Shown: positions 53,756-64,000 of the stretch, one piece after another
Position numbering within the stretch: the stretch's first letter is position 1
Layout: each line of letters begins with the position of its first letter
Program-made: the position numbers and the translations under genes
The notes under the pieces: model-generated
What the model was told of the DNA's origin: nothing
Seen by the model: the letters and a program-made list of their open reading frames with translations, nothing else
Databases searched by the model: none
DNA from: Catajapyx aquilonaris
Lineage: Eukaryota
DNA: 64,000 nt
Direction: 5' to 3'
Assembly (NCBI GenBank): GCA_000934665.2
Contig: KZ538542.1
Location: 1 to 64,000 of the forward strand

Positions 53756-54287
53756 TCCCACATTGCGCAACCACATCAGCACTGTAAGAGGTTAAGGCAG
53801 TGGTTCTCAATCGGTGGGGCGCGAAGAGGTGGCAGGGGGGCGCGTCGAAAAGGACCTCAGAGTGGCTATCAGCAACATTCTGCCCCGAAACAAAAAATGA
53901 TGTGACTCGAAACAGGCCCAAAAGTTGCACTGATTTAGTAAGTAGGCTCTACAGTATGTACAGTACTTCTGTACATTCCTAAACTACTTTACTGGACTAC
54001 TTACTAGTAGTGAAGTAGTAATAGTGCTGTCGTAGTGCCTAGATTGGTGGGGGATGGAAAGGGGGGGGGGGGATCTTGAACGATCTGTTCAAAGTTATCC
54101 TGACTAAGAGAGGCAACCCGCATGGCACAATGATTCGTGTCTTTAGAGTGGTGTTATCACGGAAACTTGGCAACGTAGGAGAGTTGGATCAAAATTGCCG
54201 CTGTCCAGCCACTCTAATATATTGTCATTCAATGGAAGAATGCCGCTAACAGCTGACCTTCAACGCCTTCCCCAGTAATGTTTGGAC

Positions 54288-54659
54288 CAGCCCACGGACA
54301 CTTATACTTACGTTCTGGCGTTATCAGCTGCCGAGGGATTACGTACCGGGTGGCCACTTGAGATCGCTACGAGACATTTCCCAAGGCTATCATGTGGCGA
54401 CCCTACCGGACTAAGGCTGAACTTTACAGGTACGAAAGGGGGGGCTACATTGGGGGGCCCAACATGGCCACCGGCGGCCATGTTGGGCCAGCATGTAGCC
54501 CTCCCCTTCGTACGTATAAAGTTCAGCCTTAGTCCGGTAGGGTCGCCACATGATAGCCTTGGGAAATGTCTCGTAGCGATCTCAAGTGGCCACCCGGTGC
54601 GTAATCCTTCGGCAGGGGGTGGGTGGGGAGTGACCTAACCTGAGTCTTCTACAGCCGTG
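54288..54659 (+). mobile_element. Palindrome-core element, full copy ('flop' centre)
   Basis: 8-bp TSD gtttggac (54280-54287, 54660-54667), CA...TG ends, and a hairpin at 54328-54615 with an 82-bp perfectly paired stretch. Confidence 0.85.
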
Positions 54660-54748
54660 GTTTGGACCAAGGGTTTGGCTTGCTTTGTCAACGAACATCA
54701 TCTTGAATGCATCTCTCTCTCTCTCCCTCCCTCCCTCCAGGGATACCC

Positions 54749-54751
<3 letters not shown>

Positions 54752-54815
<64 letters not shown>
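54752..54815. repeat. (AG)n microsatellite
   Basis: Direct reading. A further (TC)n tract at 58473-58522 abuts a gap. Confidence 0.95.
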
Positions 54816-54818
<3 letters not shown>

Positions 54819-54882
54819 CGCAATAGGGCAAACGCGAGATATTATCTCGCTGAGGGTTTTCATTTCGCATGTGGGAGTCTAA

Positions 54883-55825
54883 AGGGACTTTCAGACGTGG
54901 CAATTGGTTGCTCGCAACCGGTTGAGGAACTAGTTGCCTGCATCCTGAAATACAATGAGAGAGTAGGAAGTTGCGCGCAACCAAAAAAATCCTGCAACTT
55001 GCGCCGCAACCGGGGCGGGGGCTGCGCCCAGGTTGCTGCAACCAGAAAGCTCCAGAGAGTTTTCTGATTGTAGCATAAGGGCAGTCATAAGGGCAAGATA
55101 GCGGAAAATGAGTGGAGGCGTGTTTTTGAGTGCAGACATGAGCAGATATTAATTTGACAGAGCTACTGTAACTACTTTCTAGGAAAATATGTAACAATGT
55201 AAAAAAATATGAACACAAAAGAATGAGTCCTGTCGTCATGTTATAAACTCGCTGCATATTTGATAGTAATGTTGTGACTTCATTAGTTGGGGAAGGGTGG
55301 CCAGAATCCTCGCAATAATTTATTGAGGTTTTAAATAAATGTCAGCTGTCATTTATCCAGTGCAGGATGAGTTGTGGCATTATGACAAGCTGTGGGTCGC
55401 GAACATAATATTTGGGGTCGTCAGGGAGGGTCACAAACTATATATTTTAATAAAATCATTATAGCTCTCCGGGAAAATATGCCTGTAAACGAGAAATTGT
55501 ATTAATTTATCCACGATTGCCATTGACAATGGGGGGATGGAATTGGAATTACGGGTCGAGAATTTTATGAGAGGATTTTCTGGGGTCGCCAACGAAAAAT
55601 ATTGGGAAGCCCTGCATTTAAGAAGTTTTCAGAAAGCTTCCAACCCACGTAGTCTATACCCCTTAGGTACCATCACGTCTTGTAATAGGTGCTTATAGCA
55701 GCTGATATGCAGCGTGCTCTTCAAGAGACACCGCCTTGGAAGTTGCGAGCTGGTTGCATGTGATGCAAGATGTGATGATCACGCGATGGGTTGCAGGCAA
55801 CCAGTTGCCACGTCTGAACGCCCCT
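54883..55825. mobile_element. Harbinger-like TIR element, probably interrupted
   Basis: agggactttcagacgtggcaattggttgc..gcaacc / ggttgc..gcaaccagttgccacgtctgaacgcccct, with gttgc/gcaac repeats. Confidence 0.55.
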
Positions 55826-58469
55826 TATTGAGGCAGCATTTGTCCCAAGCGAATATTCTTACAACATTTTTACGGTGTGAAAAAAGCCTGAATTTTCGTA
55901 CATCTCAATCTACTAATCAAATAGTGTACGGTACCATGTGGCAACATTTTTTGAATACTACTAGGGCCGCTAGGTAGCGACACCTACCACATCAAAGATA
56001 CAATACGTGGCGAACACTAGGTGCATAGAATATACACTACGCCTAAAAAGATAAGCCTAATATTTGTCGTTTGGGGCACGCTACTCATGTTAACCTTGTA
56101 CACTGTACAGGTCCTTTTCGAAATCAGTGGGGTCTAATAATATATCAGTCTAAAAAGGCTTGGTTTAAACTTGTTTCCCATTCTGCTTCCAACACCAATG
56201 ATGTGAGAGTTGGGGCCCAAATCGCAAAACCGCACAAATGGTATATTCTTGGGGGACGTATATTAAAACTTATATTAAAGCGATGGGCCGTTTTTCGTCA
56301 CAATGATCTCACAACTCAAGGGTCGAAGGCCTATGTTGTTTTCATATCGTCTCTCTTAACTAATCCTCAGCATGGTAGTTGATAGTAACAATCACGTACG
56401 GTATCAATACTCATATTACTTAATATGATAGTTGACCAAATTTTGAATAAATGCAATGAGCCTTTTGTTGTATCTGATATTTTTCGGAATGCAATGCCTC
56501 AGAGTAATTTTTACGACAAAACACCGCAGGTTTCTTTCGATTCAGAACGGTGTCTTGTAGCTGCAGATTCACGCTGATATACTGTAATACGGCATATTTT
56601 TAAAACACCTATAGCCTACTGTATAATTATTCATTTGAGCAAGATTATAGACCATGGAGTGTTAGGAGCTCCGTTAGGTCACTGGGCGACCTGTGGAATG
56701 GAAGTGAATTGGGTACCTGAGGCAAAGGGTGATCTTGCACAAGAGTGCACGTTACAGTTTCACATAGATTGAGTTACGGCCTAGTCGAGCCTCGAGCACC
56801 ACATTCTGTCAAGTGGGCATAGGCCCTATACCCTTCTGAGCTGTAACGATAGAGTTATGAAGGGAATTCTAAACGATTTACACTGAAGAGGAACAGCAAT
56901 AAATTTGATATTTGGGCTTTCCTGGTGATCTGAATGAGATGATCACTTGACAATATATTATTGTTTGTGTTAATTTCCGATCAGTTTCAATATTATTTTA
57001 TTAAGTTACACCATGTTAATAAAACTGGAACCTGCATCTGTGAATATTCTACCCAGTAGTTCGTATAGGCCTAATACGTACAATAAGCAACTTATAGAGG
57101 CAACATTATTTGTGATGGGATAAATTCCGTTGGCACAATCTGTCTACCAAAAAATGAATGCTGCCGCGTCAGCCTGCCGATGTCCCGTATACTTTAAAAT
57201 ATAATCGATCGTTATTGCATATGAGTTTATTAATCATAGGATATATGCCTTTTCATTTGACCCAGTGAATGAGGTAATACCCATCAATATGCAACTTCTG
57301 TCTTCCTTTTTAATCAAGTTTGAAATCGGAGTCATTTGAATGTCGATGCCCCTGAGAATATTCCCTGGAAGGGTCATAAGAAAAGTAATAAGGTAGTGGT
57401 CCGCATCAATATCCCTCTCCACGCGACCTTCTTCCCCATCACTTCTACTTCGTTTCCATGATCAAGAGACACTGATAAAAGAGGCACTGTTTCGACTAGT
57501 AGTGTTTCACCCATCAGTCGGAACCGCTATAACGAGTTAGGCTAATAATAAAGCTTCTAAATTGGCTTCGTCACTATAATGCAATGGTTATTAGGGCTAC
57601 ACTTGCTAAATGTAAAAGGTCATAGTCCTTTAAAAAGGCATTTGGTCCCTCTGATCCCATTCTTTTCACGGTTCTCATTGTCATTATCTGACAAAATTGC
57701 CAGAATAAGAAATAAAAAATCGAGTAATGCTCTAATCTTAATTGTTACTAGACAGTGGACTAACGTCACCCACGTCAAATACGGGACAATGTGTCGCATT
57801 TCAAGCCAAATGACACTTACTCGTAAAAAAGAAGTTATTCGCTATTTTCAGTTTTCTTAATATAATGTTTATTTGGTGATGGTGTGACTTTTACTTGTAG
57901 AGGATGACACGCTGTGGTAGTCCCTGAAAGTCTGTCTGGCTAGCAGTACGATTACATTTCTGTGCTCCAAACAGTTATGTTGGCCAGCTATTTCAACTGG
58001 GTGCCAAATTATGTTATGTAAACTACAGTATAAACTTACATTTGAAACTGAATTATAAGTATTTTAACTATTCAAGGAACGTAATGCAATACAGCGCGAA
58101 TTATAACTCACAAAATAAACAAAATTCATTTGGTATAGCATTGTCCGCCTAGTATACTGTTTTCTTTGTGCTCAATTAGCAGTGACATGCCAACGTTTGT
58201 AAACTGAGCTTCCAGTAATGTTGTGGGGGAGTGAAGGGTAGAGGGGAAAGGCTCAGATTATGCTGTGTTCCAGTGTTGATGTAGGGTCAGGACAAGAATC
58301 ACTCTCATCAATATATTCTGTATTGGTGGAATTTTCCGAATGCTGGTGTGGCCGTTGCAACCTGACCGGCACATGCAGTGAGTCACTCACAAGAAGCCCA
58401 CAATACCGAAAAGTAAATAATACCAGGGATCTCTAACTGGGCAATGTTTATTCTAGCTCGACGGCTATA

Positions 58470-58522
<53 letters not shown>

Positions 58523-58696
58523 NNNNNNNNNNNNNNNNNNNNNNNNNNNNNNNNNNNNNNNNNNNNNNNNNNNNNNNNNNNNNNNNNNNNNNNNNNNNNN
58601 NNNNNNNNNNNNNNNNNNNNNNNNNNNNNNNNNNNCTCCCCCCCCTCTCTCTCTCTTCCACTCGACACAGCTTGCCGACTTACACAGGGTGAATGA

Positions 58697-59145
58697 CAGG
58701 GTGAAGGGAAACTTGCTCCCAATCGCCAGGTAGACTGATAGTACTCGCAAAATTAATATAGGGATGTGCAGTTACTTTTTGGCTCCGTTGCCTACTAGTA
58801 GTTAATGCGTACGGCGCCCTTAAAGTGTAGAGGACCGGATGGTGGCATATGAGGCAAAAACGACAAGGTGCATGGGTGTCGTACCCGGATTCTTACTCTG
58901 ACGGGATTTGATCGTCTATTGCACGTGGACGATGTGTTAGGGGACCGTGGCAAGGGGCCTGAGGCCCTCTAACTGACTTGTGCTTCTTAGAAGCTGGCGG
59001 AACGGATGTGACGTCACTAAATTGTGACGGCGCCGTACGTATTAACTACACAACGACGTCCAAAACTAATTGCACATCCCTATTATTAGTTTTACGAGTA
59101 CTATAAGTCTACCTGGCGATTGCGTGGGAGTTTCCCTTCTTCCTG
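58697..59145. mobile_element. MITE with ~90-bp TIRs (Tc1/mariner-like)
   Basis: gaagggaaact...caatcgccaggtagact.atagtactcg.aaaa.taata.agggatgtgca is inverted at 59050-59140. Confidence 0.7.
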
Positions 59146-60023
59146 TATAGAGGCAGCAGGCGCTAAGCCTGATGGGACATATCTACAAAAGGAATACATT
59201 TCAAAGAGACAAGAGACAAGTTCAATAAGAACAGCACATACTAAATGGGGTAATCAGGTGTGTCACATACCCCACGGCCCAGTCCCTTGACCGCCTGGTC
59301 AAGACCAACAAAAAATGGCAAAAACAACTTCAAAATCATAACAAAATATTCATCCAAGTCTGTTCAAGAAAAAATCATATATCGCACTAGGATTGGGCAA
59401 TAAAAAATTCCTCAAATCCAAAACAGCAGAATAACAGCATTCACAAGAAAAAAACACAAAATGTGCGCTTGAATCATCAACAACAAAAAAACACTGTTCG
59501 ACACTGTACTCAACGATTGCGTAATGCTGCTTAAAAGTTTCAGCCATATTGCGCAATACCATGATGAGGGGAAAAAAATCACAAAAATCTGGAAATGGCT
59601 GAAAATGACGCCTTTTTTGGATGGTTTTTTTCGGTTAGTGGAAGTGGTCAACACCCAATGAATATATATCAGAAGAAATAGTATAACACCAACAAAATGC
59701 TCCTATGGAATTAGTTTTCCTCTAACATGTAAAAATAAATTTTCATAGCATTTCATTAGTCACTTGCTCAGTCACATGCCCAAGAATTGTGACCTCAACA
59801 ATTACGATGTACTGTATTTGTGTTACATCAGACGTATTTGGTAACACTAGTTGTGACCGACATAAGGTCCCGTATGTTAAGTTTGAGGCCTGGGTCATGC
59901 AGGGTTTGCGAGAAAATAATAGATACGTTTTGCAGATATTGCAGATACGTTAATTTCACCGTTCTACAAAAAACCTTTTTGCTCTCTCTTAAGATGTGAA
60001 TGGCGATTCTTATAGTACTTTTC

Positions 60024-60266
60024 GCCTGGTGGCGCCTGGTGACGGGGACGGGATTTGAACCCCGGGAGGCCGGGGTTCAAATCCCGTCCCCGTCACCTCT
60101 GCTTGGCCGGGTCTTTTTCCGCTTTTCACCCGACATGCCGGGGCAGAATTGCACTCCCTACTCTGCCCAGGGCCAGGAGAAAATACCTGGTGTTTAAAGA
60201 ATGTCAGAAATGACTACCGCACAGCGCCCTCCCCTAAGAGGACCTCGGGCTCTGTCACGGGGTATC

Positions 60267-60353
<87 letters not shown>
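60024..60353 (+). mobile_element. tRNA-derived SINE with hairpin head and (AAT)n tail
   Basis: A-box-like tggcgcctggt, B box ggttcaaatcc, and the shared 3' stem-loop at 60231-60264. Confidence 0.75.
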
Positions 60354-60354
<1 letters not shown>

Positions 60355-61538
60355 TACTAGTTTGGTCTTGGTAGTGGAGTAATGATCATATGTAACTATG
60401 AACGGCCCCGAAAGTGGGATTTACAATGGAACCTTATGGGCCTTCGAAATTTAAAATTGTAATATCTCAGGAAACTGAGGTGGACTATGATAGTTCCCCC
60501 GGAGGTCTTCATTTCTTAGAAATAATGGAAAGTACTGTAGCAACCCCCCCGGTTGGGGACCAGTGTCATAAGAAGCACGCCTTTTTTTGTATGAGAAGCT
60601 CTTCTTTTTCTTTCACTGAGAAACCCGAATTGGGTCAATGTAATAGAGCATAAATAAAGTAAATTCACATTTTTGAACCCCCTTCCCCTCTCTGGATCTA
60701 TAGAATATAACACTAAAGAATAAGGTGCAGGGTGCAAAAATAGAGGACGGAGGAATAAAAAATGCAACCAATAACCTCCATTTCCTCGTGGGTCAATGAC
60801 ATCATAGGCAAGGGTGGGGGGTGAAGGGAAATCAGACATAGGAGTGGGAGGGAGGGGGGATCTCCCCTTAGAGATCAAATATTGGAATATGAGCCACATT
60901 CGGTATCCAGAATTCCCAACCCTCGATTAGTGTCTGTCCCAAGACTTAGAGGTAGGTATGTCTATTTCTTTTTTTCTGTAGGGGGCAGAGGAGGGATGGG
61001 GACCGAAGGAGGTGGGAGGGTGGGCTAGGAAGGGAGGGAAAGATTGATAAGGATACCAGAACTCCGAGGGACTGAGCTATTGATTTCATGTTACTACGAA
61101 TCCGCTCAAAACCACTACTGCCCGCCTCTCCTCTCTCCCACCCCTTTGCCAAACTCTAGTTTCTAGCACCGCACACCTATTCGGAGTCTTTGGTTAATTT
61201 TAAGTTAACGATTCGTTCGTGTAAATTATAGTCAAGGGAGAAGTTGGGATTGAGAATATTGATTCTCCATCTGTGCACTTGGAGATCCTGCAGGTTGATC
61301 AGAGGTCAAGTGTCACGTAAACTAACACCATGGAATGTATATTTTTACAAAATAATATCACCTAAAATAACTAAAATATGGAGCGTTGGTACCTGATTAT
61401 CCGTCATAACACGACAAAATGATACACTTGATTGTAACACTAGCTGCAGGATGTATCATTTCCCAAGCCAATAAAATAAGCGAATCCTTGCAAACTATAC
61501 TGAATAAAGGCACAATATTTTAATTATCGTCATCGGAC

Positions 61539-61849
61539 TGACTTTAGTGACTTTACTGACTTTAGTGGGGGCTTAACGTCGCCCTATTTCTGCCGCTAAG
61601 GCTCAACACCGAAGCCAGGGGGTGGTCCTCCTCCTGGAAATTTGGCCACTCTGGAGACCTTTAACGTGCACTCGCGCAATGTCAGAAGCACACGGGACCG
61701 ACGCGACGGCTTTACTTCCTCTCCGAAGAATGGCGCACTCTCACTTTTCTACCACCCGGAGAAAAGTCACCGACCTCGGCCGTGTGCGAACCCACAACTT
61801 TGGGACCAGAGGCGAGTGCTGCGCTAACCACTAGTCCACCGGCGCCGGC
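61539..61849 (-). mobile_element. tRNA-derived SINE with Meta-domain-like core
   Basis: Reverse-strand head ccggcgccggtggactagtggttagcgc...gggttcgcacac, core tttaacgtgcac...gcacacgggac...ggctttacttcctctccgaag, (ctaaagtca)-like tail. TSD tat(c/a)gtcatcggac (61525-61538, 61850-61863). Confidence 0.8.
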
Positions 61850-61985
61850 TATAGTCATCGGACCGCAACACCGTCGGGGTGCAGGGGGCTGAGGACGGCA
61901 ACAAAACCTCCAGGCTCCTGTTTGGAACGCCTTCTACTTGCCTACTGGACAGGCTGAGATGAGCTGATGACTTCGGCGGTGTCCC

Positions 61986-62176
61986 TGGAGACATCCACCA
62001 ACAAAGGACGGGCGAGGCAGGGATGCCATCTCATTTCTGAGTTGTTGGTACCACCAGATCGCATCCCGTCGCATTGCATGGGACAAAGGAGGTGGTCTGG
62101 TGGTCTGGTTGTGCCAACAACTCAGCAATGAGATGGCACTCCTGCCTCGCCGGTCCTTTGTTGGTGGACGTCTCCA
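61986..62176. repeat. ~190-bp foldback hairpin
   Basis: tggagac.tccaccaacaaaggac.ggcgaggcagg...tgccatctcatt.ctgagttgttgg and its inverse. Confidence 0.8.
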
Positions 62177-62204
62177 TGCATCTGAGCTTGCTTCAGAGCC
62201 ATGC

Positions 62205-63800
62205 TTCTGAGCATATCTAGACGTGGGGCTACGATGGCTGATCACGCCGGAGGTCACTTTCGCAGGGTTGCCATATTTACCAGGTACAACATCCTTTAGG
62301 ACCGTGTATTCTGTGACGAAAACATGAAACTCACCCAATAGGTCTTTGAACGTCTGAACATGACTGTCAGGAAGTGGGTCCACTATGGATGGCTCCGCTG
62401 TGGGTCACTCTGGGGGGGGGGGGGGGNCCCCCGAATGACATAGAGATGTAGACTAGGTGAATTGGGTGATAAAGACGTGAAACTCGGTACACCAGTTCTT
62501 TGGACACTGCTGACAGTGAGCATATCTGGACGTTAGGCCACGATGGCCGACCCTGACTGACGCCGCTGGAAGCCATTACCGCGGGGTTGCCATATCTAAC
62601 AGACGATGCAGCATGCATGAGCGATTTCCCAAAACAAGTTCAGTCCATTTGCAACATTTTTCAGGAGAGAGAAAAAACTGTCTAGTTCAAAACCTAGTAG
62701 GTTTTAGCATTTCATCTTTGATAATTATGTTCTGAGTCTAATATGACACTTTTTCATGATATTGTGTGAGAAAATCATAGTATTGAAGGGACAGAAATAG
62801 GGTCATTTAAATTTAAAAATCTCTCCAAAAACAAGTTCAGTCCATGGACTGAACTTGTTTTCAGAGAAACTTAATGTGAAGTGATGGGGCTTGAAATAGC
62901 ATTCAATTTAAGTTTCTCAAGTACAAGCTACTGTTCCATTAATTTCTTGCTTCATTACCCCATCTGAAAGGCTAGGCAGAAGTACCAATACAACCAGAAT
63001 GATTGATTTCACTGCAACAAATTATCTTATTCCAAATAATATTTCCTGCACACTGGGAACTCAGCATAATCCTCCCACTGCATTAGGCTTCCAAAAATAT
63101 ACCATTTTAACTCCATTAATGATCAAGCATGACACCTATTACCCAAACTGTGAGCGGCCGCCATGTTGAAAGGCACAGCTGATTAGCCGCTCTCGCGACT
63201 ACGCATGCGCAGATGGATTGAACTCGTTGAGACAGGTCGGAAATATGAACTTGTTCTGGGAAAGATCGCAAACTTTATAGAGCCCAGTTCCGAGCAAACG
63301 GACCGGGTTTTCGGAGTGCCTGTTCGACACCTAACCTATAGATCTGGGTATGGGCTACAAGGCTGTGGGCATCACTCATTTTCGGCAAATGTGGACTGAA
63401 CTTGTTTTGGGAAATCGCTCTTCATTTATATTTGAATAGTCAATAGAGAGCTTGAATTTGGTGACAAAAACATGAAACTCGGCACATTAGTTCTTTGGAC
63501 ACATCTGAACATATCATTCTGGACGTGGGGCCACGATAGGTGACCCCGTTGGCTGTTAGATGTGGCAACCCCGCGATAGTGACCTCAGCGGGGTCGTTCC
63601 ATGTCGGTCATGGTGGCCCCACATCCACATATACTCTGAAGTGTCCAATGAGCGAATGTTAGATATGGCAACCCCACGATAATGGCTTCCAGCGGCCTCG
63701 CGTCAGTCCGGATCGGCCTTCGTGGTCTCAGATATGCTCAGCCGTGTCCAAAGAACTGGTGTACCGAGTATCATACTTTTGTCACAAAATGCAAAGTTCA
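62205..63800. repeat. Array of two diverged subunits in direct and inverted orientation (foldback-type element)
   Basis: Unit A gcatatctggacgt...gggttgccatatctaac (62210, 62518; inverted at 63554, 63657). Unit B gtgacaaaaacatgaaactcgg...ttctttggacac (62312, 62466, 63460; inverted at 63744). Confidence 0.65.
62619..63420. mobile_element. DNA transposon derivative with 29-bp perfect TIR (GAG...CTC, Sola-like termini)
   Basis: gagcgatttcccaaaacaagttcagtcca / tggactgaacttgttttgggaaatcgctc. No clear TSD. Confidence 0.75.
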
Positions 63801-63935
63801 AACCCTTAGCACCCGGACTAATATCAACAACTCAGCTCAGCCTGTCCAGTCGGCACTTTGTTGTATTCCCCCACTTTCTCCCCCCAATTTCTGCGAGTAC
63901 CTGACCAGGCTCCAGAATTTTTAAATATAATAATA

Positions 63936-64000
63936 CAGGGTATTACGGATTCGTGGATCACTTTTTGATAACTGATATCGCCCGATAGCAGTTTTTTTGT
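63936..64000. mobile_element. Left end of a MITE related to 13800-14384 (runs off the window)
   Basis: ta-cagggt...tcacttt.tgataactg.tatcgcccga. Confidence 0.6.

Noticed and set aside
54657..55257. 136-189 aa ORFs
   Set aside because: They are held open by the (AG)n microsatellite and a TIR element.

Overview
This is repeat-rich metazoan genomic DNA, probably from an invertebrate or arthropod, from a draft assembly with N gaps. It is not prokaryotic, and almost all ORFs in the track are noise. The only convincing coding signal is a minus-strand exon (44145-44061) encoding a signal peptide and ending in a phase-1 GTAAG donor, so much of 1-44060 may be a large intron of a secreted or cell-surface protein gene. 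The window opens with two tandem perfect histone 3' stem-loops (24-39, 52-67). The rest is a dense mix of non-autonomous elements: tRNA-derived SINEs of several families (many with clean TSDs), a solo LTR, and Tc1/mariner/pogo-, hAT/P-, PIF/Harbinger-, piggyBac- and Kolobok-like MITEs, often nested. Highlights: (1) a 3-copy element with 8-bp TSDs, CA...TG ends and a ~290-bp internal palindrome whose arms co-evolve and whose centre occurs in flip and flop orientations; (2) one covarying 3' stem-loop shared by otherwise different SINEs, including a 65-bp insertion made of only that stem-loop plus tail; (3) the doubled histone stem-loop. Superfamily names are inferred from termini and TSDs only; no database searches were run.
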